NCBI RefSeq assembly: GCF_030028105.1 | Contig: NC_092383.1 | Location: 86,881,921 to 86,945,920 of the forward strand | Origin: Mobula birostris | Lineage: Eukaryota | Direction: 5' to 3' | Length of the DNA stretch: 64,000 nucleotides | The notes under the pieces: generated by a model | Seen by the model: the letters and a program-made list of their open reading frames with translations, nothing else | Told to the model about the DNA's origin: nothing | The model's database searches: none | Shown: positions 47,526 through 59,792 of the stretch, in pieces | Numbering within the stretch: the stretch's first letter is position 1 | How the letters are laid out: every line of letters starts with the position of its first letter | Translations under genes and position numbers: made by a program

Positions 47526-48835
47526 AGTTAACATCAATTAGGATGGAAGGGCACAAACTTTTCAAACCCATTAAGTAATTCCTTGATGCTGACCATTCCT
47601 GTTGCTGGCTATGCCACGTGTAGGCTCAATGTTGGCTGCAGGGATCCCCGTGGCAGACGGCATAGTACCGCACCTGACTCTCTGATGGCCGGTGGACAGG
47701 GAACAGATCAGGAGAGGGACTTATGATGGCTGAAAACTGTAGGTATGAGCAGGGCCGAGGCCATGGACGAGGCTTCTCCTCGTGAGTGGGGCTTGCTCTC
47801 ATTGTCCAGCTTTGTCCTCACTGGTGGGCTTTCTGAGCCTTGGATTTCAGATGGAATTTGTCCCACGGGAAGGTCTTGTTCAAATAGGAAGGATTTTAAA
47901 GTTCAAAATAAATTTAGTATCAAAATGCATTTCTGTCACAATATATAGCCCTGAGGTTCACTTTCTTGTGGGCATTCTGAAAGGGTCACTAGCGAACTCA
48001 AGTGCAGGAATCACAGTAATTTCAACAATCCAAACAAGAGACTTATTCCAGAAATGCACCAGCAAAACGTTAGCAGGAACTCAGGCACACTACAGAGAAT
48101 CTTGAAGAACTGAAATGACCTGATACAGAGAAGAACTCGGTCTGAGTTTCACCAGGCAAGAATCCACAATGACCAAGCAAAGGGGTATTGGCAAGCACTC
48201 TTCAAATACACTCTGGAACCCGTAGGAATTCAGTGCCAATCAGATAACATAGGTTTCCACACGAAGCTATAATCCCCAAAGGCAACAACTCCAATGCAAG
48301 ATATTGACAATACCGTGCTAATTAAATGATCCCAAATCGAATAAAAGTGATAAATACATAGACAGCTCAAAAATCCCCACGATCCCAAATGAGACACCTG
48401 CAACACAAAGTGAGAAACCTAGATTGTCCAGACGAACAATTAGACATAAAAAGCAAACAATCTAAGGAAAACCGCATACCCACAAGGTGACACTGAAAAA
48501 ATACAACCCACATACTAACTGAAAAAAAATCTCTTCTTCTTTAAAGAAATTTTCTGTGACAGATTCGCAGTAAATACAAATAAACACCAGAGATTCAATG
48601 AAAAAACACACTCAAAATAGACAACCAACCAATATGCAAAAGACAACAAACTCTGCAAACACAAAAAAAACAAAATAATAACAATAAACAAATATTAATT
48701 ATCAAGAGCATGAGATGAAGAGTCCTTGAAAGTGAGTGTATAGGTTGTGGAAGCTGTTCAGTGTTGGGATAAAAACACCGATTGCAATTCCCCCCCACTC
48801 AACTGTACTCACTCAGTCCATAAATGAACGTGTTC

Positions 48836-50465
48836 CCATAAGACCATAAGACAAAGGAGCAGAAGTCGGCCATTCGGCCCAACGAGTCTGCTCTGCCATT
48901 TCATCATGAGCTGATCCATTCTCCCAATTAGTTCCACTCCCCCACCTTCTCACTATAACCTTGGATGTCCTGGCTACTGAGATACCTATCAATCTCTGCC
49001 TTAAATACACCCAATGACTTGGCCTCCACTGCCACCCGTGGCAACAAATTCCATAAATTCACCACCCTCTGGCTAAAAAAATTTCTTCACACCTCTGTTC
49101 TGAATGGGCACCCTTCAATCCTTAAGTCATGCCCTCTTGTACTAGACTCCCCCACCATGGGAAACAACTTTGCCACATCCACCCTGTCCATGCCTTTCAA
49201 CATTCGAAATGTTTCTATGAGGTCCCCCCCATTCTTCTAAACTCCAAGGGATACAGTCCAAGAGCGGACAAACGTTCCTCATATGTTAACCCTCTCATTC
49301 CCGGAAGCATTCTAGTGAATCTTCTCTGTACCTGCTCCAACATCAGCACATCCTTTCTTAAATAAGGAGCCCAAAACTGCCCACAGTACTCCAAGTGATG
49401 TCTTACCAGTGCCTTATAGAGCCTTAACATCGCATCCCTGCTCCTATACTCTATTCCTCTAGAAATGAATGCCAACATTGCATTCCCCTTCTTCACCACC
49501 GACTCAACCTGGAGGTTAACTTTAAGGGTATCCTACATGAGGACTCCCAAGTCCCGTTGCATCTCAGAACTTTGAATTCTCTCCCCATTTAAATAATAGT
49601 CTGCCCATTTATTTCTTCTGCCAAAGTGCATAACTATACACTTTCCAACATTGTATTTCATTTGCCACTTCTTTGCCCATTCTTCCAATCTATCCAAGTC
49701 TCTCTGCAGACTCTCTGTTTCCTCAGCACTACCGGCTCCTCCACCTATCTTTGTATCACCAGCAAACTTAGCCACAAAGCCATCTATTCCATAATTCAAA
49801 TCATTGATGTACAATGAAAAAAGAAGCGGCTCCAACGCGGACTCATGTGGAACACCACTGGCAGCCAACCAGAATAGGATCCCTTAATTCCCACTCTCTG
49901 TTTCCTGCCAATCAGCCAACGCCCTATCCATGTATGTAACTTTCCCGTAATTCCATGAGCTCTTATCTTGTTAAGCAGCCTCATGTGTGGCACCTTGTCA
50001 AAGGCTTTCTGAAAATCCAAATATACAACAACCACCGCATCTCCCTCGTCTAGCCTACTTGTAATTTCCTCCAAAAATTGCAATAGGTTTGGCAGGCAGG
50101 ATTTTCCTTTAAGGAATCCATGCTGAGTTCTGCCTATCTTGTCATATGCCTCCAGGTACTCCGTAACCTCATCCTTGACAATCGACTCCAACAACTTCCC
50201 AATCACTGATGTCAAGTTAACAGGTCTACAATTTCCTTTTTGCTTCCTTGCCCCCTTCTTAAATAGCGGAATGACATTTGCAGTCTTCCAATCCCCCGGA
50301 ACCATGCCAGAATCTATTGACTTGAAAGATCATCACTAATGCCTCCACAATCTCGACAGCTACTTCCTTCAGAACACGAGGGTGCATTCCATTTGGTCCA
50401 GGAGATTTATCAACCCTTAGACTATTCAGCTTCCTCAGTACTTTCTCTGTCGTAATTGTGACTGT
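48836..50465 (-). mobile_element. 5'-truncated CR1 with frameshifts
   Basis: RT motifs in ORFs 49796-50305, 49533-49868 and 49215-49499; (CTTATGGT)n tail; same subfamily as 59962-64000. Confidence 0.92.
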
Positions 50466-51186
50466 AATTCCCAGTTAAGTTTCGGACTATACCTACATTC
50501 TACACAGAGCCCTGGCCTGTGAATGAGCTTGGAGACACCAAAGCACTACTCCCTATTATGGCCCCAGTCAGAAGACCCAGGAAAGCCTGGCTAGGCAGAA
50601 CATGTCTTGATGTTTGTGCAAGCCACAGGTAAGCTCTCTGGAGTATCGCCGACTGAAGCAAATCCCTCCGAACAGACACATTACCCTTCTCTGAGGATAG
50701 TAACCTCATTGCAACTGAGTGGCTTGAGATTACCTGAGATCCCGAGAGCAATGTTATCATCAGCTTGGTTCCTGGTCGGTCATCAATGGCGGTATGGTCA
50801 AAGGGGCCTTTCCAGACAAAGAGCCAACAGTGGAGCTGGCAGAAGATGCTGATATTTCACAATGGAGGAAGGCTGCAGCAGATAAGGTTCCACAACACTG
50901 GACCCTGACACCAATCTGGCAAAGACTTTGTCTGTGTATCAGCCTCCCTATGTTAAACAAAGTTGTGCAAAGGTGTTTCTCCATAAAGGGAATAAGGAGA
51001 ACATCATAATCAACTCAAGTGATAGCAGTATTTTTGTCACAGTCACCATTAACTTCTCAGTCAGATTGTTTTACTGACAGTAACTATACTTCACCATTTC
51101 AATCAGATAGTTAAAATTTGATTTGATTCATCTGTTTAGTTTAACCAAGAGTGCCTCAGATTCTAAGGCATTCACTTTCAGCGTCT

Positions 51187-51336
51187 GGCTCACAGTGGTT
51201 TCACAACTGAACTTACTGATTTCTTCTTTCTCTTTCAACTTCCATGTCCCATTTGGTTTGGTCTGTTATTTAGTTCTTAGAGCGAAGAGCTGAGCAACAG
51301 ACAAGTGCTGCCCAGTCAGTCACTGTCAACAGAACA
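51187..51336 (+). promoter_or_regulatory. Putative promoter and 5'UTR, paralog of 20318-20428
   Basis: ggctcacagtggtttcac..acttactg aligns with ggctcattgtggtttcc..acttcctg; AACAGACAAGTGCTG is shared. Confidence 0.5.
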
Positions 51337-51373
51337 ATGTGGATTCTGATTCTTCTCATCTGTTCACTGCCTG
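51337..51373 (+). CDS. Signal-peptide (leader) exon of a further CD300/pIgR-like gene
   Basis: Reads MWILILLICSLP plus G, gtgagt donor, phase 1. No V exon was found downstream within the window. Confidence 0.88.
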
Positions 51374-52349
51374 GTGAGTGACCGCTGGCACGAGACGTTA
51401 CAGACACTGGTAAATACAGGAAATACTCAGCAGGTCAGGCTGTACCCGTGGAAATGAAACAGTGGATGTTTCAGACCCAAGACCCTTTAACCTTGTTTCA
51501 CTTCCCAGAGTTTCAGCCTGACATACGCAGTATTCCCAGTACGTTCTGTTTTTGTCTCAGATTTCCAACATCTGTCATTTACTTGTTCATTCAAATGATC
51601 AGTGTTAATTTGGATCTAGTGCATTGTTTCTGTAACAGAGGTGGTAAAATATGTGCAGTTATGCAAAGACAGAAAATACTCCATAAATGTGTTCAACAGT
51701 TTGGGGTGTGGATCACAGACAAAATGCTGGAAGAATTGTACGGGTCCAGCAGTATCTATGGAGGCAAAAGTTGAAAACTCTGCATCGGGGCTGGCGGGGG
51801 AGGGGGTGGGGAGTTGTGGGTGTGCATGAGGAGTGTAGAGAGCTGTGTACAAGTCCTGGTCTGGCACCAGCATTGAGGATAATCATGGCAGTGTTGAGGA
51901 TAATGCATAAGCATTAATTTGTAAAAGTTTGCACTGTAAAATTCATTCATAAGATATCATTTTAATGCTGCCTTTTGCTCACTAAAAGCAGCATGAGAAT
52001 AATACATGAAAAATAAGTTGTCTCCGTTTGATAGTTGTTCCCGTTATTGGAATATCCTGTTCTTCACTTCTGTGTGGGCTGAGGGCTGATCTTGCACTCA
52101 GAATCCATTTCCTTCTCAGTCTCTTCCTCCAACTGTGAACATTTGTTTTACTCATCAGCATCCAGTATTTTTTATTTCCTTTTACCCATTTTTTAAAAAG
52201 CTTGTTATGGACGTTCTCCCTGCAGAGGCTCAGTGTCAGCATTTATTGTCTTTGTTCATTGTTTTACTGAGTAATTCCAGGTGGGGATGTTTGTAGAGCT
52301 CATTTAGGGATTTTGACGGATATCTTCCTTGAATATTCATTGCCCCACT

Positions 52350-52845
52350 TAAAGAATGCCATCAACATAGTAACATTTGGGGGATATGATTGCTTGTGAG
52401 ATTCGAAGATGTTCAGTACTCTTTGACAATATACTGGCAACTTTTTATTCAATATTTTCATTTAATTTGATTTATTACACTTCCAATTTTTTTTCTCTGG
52501 AAGTTTTTGATTTGATCAGACAGTTTTTCTTTTTTTTGGTCGTATCCTCAGAATGGACTGCCCAGTCCCTGTTTTTTTTCATTTTTTTTTTGTATAGTGT
52601 AGTGGGGTTTTTTTTCTTCATTTAAAATCCAAATTTTTTCTTTCCTCTTTATGAATTGATAAGAGGAGAATTTCTGTTTTTTTTATTGTATACTATATAT
52701 TAGCTTAACATGTATGATGTTGATAATGTCTATTTCAATCTCGGTTTGTATTGTTATTGATATATATATATATTTGAGATAATTCTCCTCTTGTTTGTAT
52801 TTATGTTCCTTTTAAATCAATAAAAAGATTAATAAAGAAAAGAAG
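52350..52845 (+). mobile_element. L1-type 3' fragment
   Basis: Degenerate ORF2 end, T-rich 3'UTR, AATAAA and an A-rich tail. Confidence 0.6.
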
Positions 52846-54404
52846 ACAATGTAGATTCAAATGCAGGGTATGAGGTGTCGATACCAGGCTGAAATTGACT
52901 AGGTGATTGACAGGAAGAAGGAAAGATTTTCACCCCAGGGGCATTTGGATGGTTAGTGGGTCAGAAAAAGACTGTAAGGAGATCAAATAGAACATAGAAC
53001 AGTACTTCAGCCTATGATATTGTGCTGAACCAATTAGATTAGTAATCAAATGGCCAACTAAACATCCCTTCTGCCTGCACAATATCAATATCCTTTGATT
53101 TTCTCCACATTCATGCCCCGATCTAAATGTCTTTTAAAAGTTCAGACACCGCAACCCACTGATATCATCTGTTGACAGGCCCCCAACACCCGCTTAGTGA
53201 CACCGTGTCCTTAAGGCTCAGTCCTCGTCCTGACACCCAACTCCCAGTAGGTGAATCCGTGGCTTTGAGACCCAGTCCTCGCATATACAAAACACAACCA
53301 GACAAATATAAATGTATATCGTCCAGACCCCTCAGTCCATTTTAAATCTTCCATCACCACAACTGAGCTACACCACCCCCAGTAGCTCAGTGTCTTGATC
53401 GCCTCAACTCCGATGGCCGAAAAGCAAGAGACATGCAGCTTGAGGCCCAAACCCAATCAGTGCCACTAAAAGATCTGCAGTCAGCTGCACCAGAGCTTGT
53501 CTTCTGCAGAGCGAAATCTTGGGAGAGCAGAGGGCAGCTCTGACTCCATTCCGGACACTGTACCACACCACCCCCGGCGAATTGCACCAGCTTTGTTCCC
53601 TCGTTCCCAGTGGCTGCAAACAGGGGACACCACAGTTTCAAGCCTAGTCCTAGTTATGACCAAAGAACTGCCTCCGCCCAATCCGCTGCTGCTCATATCC
53701 AATAAGTCAGCGAATTGAACTTATGGCGTAGCAAATGTACAATGTCCAAAGGGGTCTTGCTATCACAAGAAAAGTGACCGTGACGGCTACTCACTATTTG
53801 ACTGTAAGCCTCCATTGACTCAGGCAGCGGCACCTTGCGTAGTTCCTTCATTATCTCTGCCAGTGAGCAACTCGTTGATGCTGTAGACCTGCAGTCCTTT
53901 GAGTTTTTAACATATAGCAGAATCTTGCGATCATAGATGTACATTTAAGTACAACAGTAGCACCTTTTGTTGACCCCATAGAGGCCGCTGCGATCAGCCG
54001 CACCACCATCGTGCCAGAAGTTGGTAATCTTCTACGTTCTGAAGAATACAGTGCTAACCTATTCAGCCTTTCCCTGTAACACAGGTCCTTCAGACCCGGC
54101 AACATCCTTGTAAATTTTCTCTGCAATCTTTCAAACTTGTTTACATCTTTCCTGCAGATAGCCGACCAAAGCTGCACACAATACTCTAAATTAGGCCTCA
54201 ACTTCAACATCTTCTGTACTCATTGTTTTATGAAGGCCAATGTGCTAAAAGCTTTCTTTACAACCTTCAACTGTGACACAACTTTCAACAAATTATGTAC
54301 CTGTATTCCCAGATCCCTTTGTTCTACCACACTCTCATTGCCCTACCATTCACTGTGTAAAACCTACCCTGGTTGGTCCTACCGACATGCAAAGCGTTGC
54401 ACTT

Positions 54405-56600
54405 AGAACATAGAACATAGAACATAGAATAGTACAGCACAGTACAATCCCTTCGGTCCACAATGTTGTGCCAACCCTCAAACCCTGCCTCCCATATAAG
54501 CCCCCACCTTAGATTCCTCCATATACCTGTCTAGTAGTCTCTTAAACTTCACTAAAGTATCTGCCTCCACCACTGACTCAGGCAGTGCATTCCACGCACC
54601 AACCACTCTCTGAATAAAAAACCTTCCTCTAATATCCCCCTTGAACTTCCCACCCCTTACCTTAAAGCCATGTCCTCTTGTATTGAGCAGTGGTGCCCTG
54701 GGGAAGAGGCGCTGGCTATCCACTCTATCTATTCCTCTTATTATCTTGTACACCTCTATCATGTCTCCTCTCATCCTCCTTCTCTCCAAAGAGTAAAGCC
54801 CTAGCTCCCTTAATCTCTGATCATAATGCATACTTTCTAAACCAGGCAGCATCCTGGTAAATCTCCTCTGTACCCTTTCCAATGCTTCCACATCCTTCCT
54901 ATAGTGAGGTGACCAGAACTGGAGACAATACTCCAAGTGTGGCCTAACCAGAGTTTTATAGAGCTGCATCATTACATCGCGACTCTTAAACTCTATCCCT
55001 CGACTTATGAAAGCTAACACCCCATAAGCTTTCTTAACTACCCTATCCACCTGTGAGGCAACTTTCAGGGATCTGTGGACATGTACCCCGAGATCCCTCT
55101 GCTCCTCCACACTACCAAGTATCCTGCCATTTACTTTGTACTCTGCCTTGAAGTTTGTCCTTCCAAAGTGTACCACCTCACACTTCTCCGGGTTGAAATC
55201 CATCTGCCACTTCTCAGCCCACTTCTGCATCCTATCAATGTCTCTCTGCAATCTTTGACAATCCTCTACACTACCTACAACACCACCAACCTTTGTGTCG
55301 TCTGCAAACATGCCAACCCACCCTTCTACCCCCACATCCAGGTCATTAATAAAAATCACGAAAAGTAGAGGTCCCAGAACAGATCCTTGTGGGACGCCAC
55401 TAGTCACAATCCTCCAATCTGAATGTACTCCCTCCACCACCACCCTCTGCCTTCTGCAGGCAAGCCAATTCTGAATCCACCTGGACGAACTTCCCTGGAT
55501 CCCATGCCTTTTAACTTTCTGAATAAGCCTACCGTGTGGAACCTTGTCAAATGCCTTACTAAAATCCATATAGATCACATCCACTGCACTACCCTCATCT
55601 ATATGCTTGGTCACCTCCTCAAAGAACTCTATCAGGCTTGTTAGACACGATCTGCCCTTCACAAAGCCATGCTGACTGTCCCTGATCAGACCATGATTCT
55701 CTAAATGCCTATAGATCCTATCTCTAAGAATCTTTTCCAACAGCTTTCCCACCACAGACGTAAGGCTCACTGGTCTATAATTACCCGGACTATCCCTACT
55801 ACCTTTTTTGAACAAGGGAACAACATTCGCCTCCCTCCAATCCTCCGGTACTATTCCCGTGGACAACGAGGACATAAAGATCCTAGCCAGAGGCCCAGCA
55901 ATCTCTTCTCTCGCCTCGTGGAGCAGCCTGGGGAATATTCTGTCAGGCCCCGGGGACTTATCTGTCCTAATGTATTTTAACAACTCCAACACCTCCTCTC
56001 CCTTAATATCAGCATGCTCCAGAACATCAACCTCACTCATATTGTCCTCACCATCATCAAGTTCCCTCTCATTGGTGAATATCGAAGAGAAGTATTCATT
56101 GAGGACCTCGCTCACTTCCACAGCCTCCAGGCACATCTTCCCACCTTTATCTCTAATCGGTCCTACCTTCACTCCTGTCATCCTTTTTTTCTTCACATAA
56201 TTGAAGAATGCCTTGGGGTTTTCCTTTACCCTACTAGCCAAGGCCTTCTCCTGCCCCCTTCTTGCTCTTCTCAGCCCCTTCTTAAGCTCCTTTCTTGCTT
56301 CCCTATATTCCTCAATAGACCCATCTGATCCTTGCTTCCTAAACCTCATGTACTCTGCCTTCTTCCTCCTGACTAGATTTTCCACCTCACTTGTCACCCA
56401 TGGTTCCTTCACCCTACCATTCTTTATCTTCCTCACCGGGACAAATTTATCCCTTACATCCCGCAAAAGATCTCTAAACATCGACCACATGTCCATAGCA
56501 CATTTCCCTGCAAAAACATCATCCCAATTCACACCCGCAAGTTCTAGCCTTACAGCCTCATAATTTGCCTTTCCCCAATTAAAAATTTTCTTGTCCTCTT
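54405..56600 (-). mobile_element. Young 5'-truncated CR1
   Basis: Uninterrupted RT reading frame, 3'UTR and (TTCTATG)n tail. Confidence 0.95.
54478..56600 (-). CDS. CR1 ORF2 (tether, RT and C-terminus; endonuclease missing)
   Basis: 713 aa ORF in the track with KSPGPD, NYRPVSLTS, QHGFVKGRSCLT, YMDFSKAFDKVPH, GVPQGSVLGP and FADDTK. Its first few codons come from the host element. Confidence 0.92.
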
Positions 56601-56851
56601 TGTCTGTATTAAATTCCATCTGCCATTTTTCAGCCCATTTTTCCTGCTTATGCGATCCCTCTGCAAGCCCTGCTAGCCTTCCTCACTACCCGCTACACCG
56701 CCAGTCTTGGTGTTATCCGCAAATTTGCTGATCCAGTTAACCATGTTATCATCCAGATCATTGATACAGATGACAAACAACAAAGAACCCAGCTTCCATC
56801 CCTGAAGGACACCACTAGTCACAGGCCTCCAGTCAGAGAGGCAACCATATA

Positions 56852-58471
56852 CAGGTTTCCCCCGCCATCCAAAGGTAGAGAGTTCCTATGAAATGGTTCG
56901 TAAGCCAGAAGGTCGTAAAGCGAAGAAGCAATTACCATTTATTTATATGGGAAAAATTTGTGAGCCTTCACAGACCCAAAAATAACCTACCAAATCATGC
57001 CAAATAACACATAAAACCTAAAATAATAGTAACATATAGTAAAAGCAGGAATGATATGATGAATACACAGCCTATATAAAGTAGAAATACTTTTCCACAA
57101 TCATTGCCGCACCGTTCTCCGCAACGAAAATCTCATGCAAGCGCTCTCCACAGAAACACGGCACAAGCGCTCTCCAGTAACCTTTAAGCTATGAAGCTGC
57201 CAAATCATACCAAATAACACGTAAAAATACGCAGCCTATATAAAGTAGAAATAATGTATGTATAGCGTAGTATCACTTACAGGAATCGGGACGACAGCGA
57301 GCACACTGATGATGGTGTGTTAGGCTGAGTCGTCGGTGCTTGGGGTGGTGCAGTGGCCCCCACCCTCCGGGCAGCGAACCGATACTGATCCGTGAAGCAT
57401 GCAGGGGTACCGCGGTAGCCGGGACGCACCCAGCACATCTTTAAGAAAAAAGCCGAAACAAACAAGCTAATTAATTAGGTGCCTCCCGGCACGTAAATGT
57501 CGGCCCAGATCAGAGGCGATGCAATCGGCAATTGCCTTTGATCTGGGCCGACATTTACATGCCAGGCGGCACCTAATTAATTAGCTTGTTTATTTCGGCT
57601 TTTTTTACTTAAAGATGTGCTGGGTGTGTCCCGGCTACCGCTGCATTCTCCGCGAATTGGTATCTGTCCGCGGCCAGGGGGTTGAGGTGGTGGGACACGG
57701 GGGTGTCATCTCATCGTCAATCAGGGCAGGCAAGTCATCTTCTTCTATGTCTGCCTGCCTCGATGTCGAAGGTCGAGGTTCGTCGTCTGCTGAAGGCTTG
57801 CTTGACTGCTAGCCTCACGCATTTTTCTATCATACAGTTCTTTGTAAGCACTCAAACCATCTTGCAAATATGCCCTAAACCGATGTACCCTTTCAAAATT
57901 AAAGTCGTACTTTATCATTGCAGCGAAAATCTCACGCAGTTGCTTCACGTTCAAGTCCTGGACGACTTCACTTTTGGTCCGTTCGCTACTGCATTCGGTT
58001 TTGATTGTTATCCTTTCCTCTTTCAATTGCATCAGCTCTTCATCTATCAGTTCTTGGTCATGGTATGCCAAAACCTCTTCAACATCATCTTCGTCAACTT
58101 CCACATGCCAAACTCACTTTGTCCTTACTTCGTTCACCATGATCAAAACACTTAATTATGTCTAGTTTTATGCTAAGTGTAAAACCCTTACGAGCTCTTT
58201 TAGGCTTTTCCGATAACATAAAAGTCATCTTGCTAATGGCTGCTCACAGGCACGTGTTTAAGCAAAGCCGGTGAGAATGCCGTTCTGAATCTGGGGAAGA
58301 GCGGCTGCTCGGAGTGCACACTGCTTTTTTTCGCGCGCTGCTTTTTTCCACACGCTGCCTTTATTCATAACAGTGAAAACACCTTCTGTTAGCGAAAACA
58401 GGGAACTAATATAGGTCTTTCGTAACAGTGAGGTTTCGTAAAGCGAATGTTCGAAAAGCAGGGGACACCTG
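56852..58471 (-). mobile_element. Tigger/pogo non-autonomous DNA transposon
   Basis: TIRs CAGGTTTCCCCCGC and CAGGTGTCCCCTGC. TA on the left flank; TG on the right. Minus-strand ORF 57745-58104 resembles a Tigger transposase C-terminus (EVDEDDVEEVL..EL.DEELMQL). Confidence 0.85.
57412..57641. repeat. Long internal palindrome in the Tigger element
   Basis: Arms of about 110 bp (gcggtagccgggac...cccagatcagaggcgat / attgcctttgatctggg...gtcccggctaccgc). Confidence 0.9.
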
Positions 58472-59160
58472 TGCTACCACTCTCTGACTTCCCCCAGCTG
58501 ATGTCTGATCCAATTTACTACCTCATCCTGAATGCCGAGCCACTGTACCTTCTTGACAAGCCTCCCATGTGGAACTTTGTCAAATACTTATCTCAATGCA
58601 TGTTTACATCCTCTACTGCCTTGCCTTCATCCACTATCCTTGTAACTTCCTTAAAAAACTCTGTAATATTGGTTAGATATGACCAACCATGCACAAAGTC
58701 ATGCTGCCTATCCTTAATCAGTCCATGTCTATCCAAATACTTATATATCCGGTCCCTTGGAATACCGTCCAGTAACTTTCCCACAACTGATGTTAGATTC
58801 ACCAGCCCATAATTTCCTGGTTTTTGTTTAGAGTTTTTGTTAAGCAGCGGAACACATTGGTTTTCCTCCAATCCTCTGATACCTCTCCTGTCGCTAAGGA
58901 TGTTTTAAATATCTCTCGTAGGATCCCAGCAATTTCTACAGTACCCTCCCATAGGATCCAAGGGAACATCTCGTCAACCCTGGGAGTTTATCCATCCTGA
59001 ATTGCCTCAGGGTAGCAAGCACCTCTTCTGCAATCTGTACAGGGTCCATGAAGTTGATGACACTTTGCCTCACTTCCACAGACACTGTGTCCATCTCCCA
59101 ACTAAGCAGAGATAAAGAGTGCATTTAAGATCTCCCCCATCTCTTTTAGCTCCACACATT

Positions 59161-59792
59161 TGAAACCCCACTGCTTTCCTTAGCTGTGTAAGTCTAGGGA
59201 ATGCACACTCTGGTCCCGCCAGTCCCGTGAGATTGAGAAGGCTCTCGCACCCCAAACTCTTGTTAGTATGGATGTTGTGTAATTTGCTACCCTGTTACAA
59301 CTCAGTGCCAAAAAATAATACTTAGCGCACTGCATACAATTAAAGGAATTATATTTATGAATCTTAACTAAAGGGTTAATAAAGAAAAGAAAGTAAAAAA
59401 CAAAAAGAGCCATTATAATTAAACAGTCAAATGTGCACAAGTTGGAGCACTACTCTTCCAGAAGTCACACATATTCTCTGATCCTCAGTAGACCTCGTTG
59501 CCTTGCTCTATCGAATCACGTCTCCCACTGGGTTGAATCCTACGGCCAGTTCTTTCCAGCATCTTCTTTCTTCATTTCCCGCCAAACAAAAGAAACCTAA
59601 GACCAACCTTAGTGTCCATCAAAAAACTTCCCAGTTCAAGCATTCTAATTGGATGACACACATTCCCCAGCATCTCTTATGATTTTAACCATAACCCTAA
59701 CAGTCTGAAAGCAGAATGGACTGCTCTTACAGAACTGCTAAAATGAAATACCTACAGCATAGCAGTAAAAATGTTAACCAGGGTGTTAAACA
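59161..59792 (-). mobile_element. Possible solo LTR
   Basis: TG...CA termini with a weak terminal inverted repeat; interrupts the CR1. No matching TSD was found. Confidence 0.35.

Larger units (their letters stand above)
54030..59160 (-). mobile_element. Older CR1 host element split by a young CR1 and a Tigger element
   Basis: Pieces 54030-54404, 56601-56851 and 58472-59160 rejoin as continuous degraded CR1 RT sequence. Confidence 0.8.

Noticed and set aside
47990-48480. Possible degraded Gypsy pol C-terminus (GTLQR.., PRLSRRTIR)
   Set aside because: Too degenerate to support without a database search.
53150-54010. Unassigned GC-moderate block with several short overlapping ORFs
   Set aside because: I could not identify termini, a TSD or protein motifs, so it is left unannotated.
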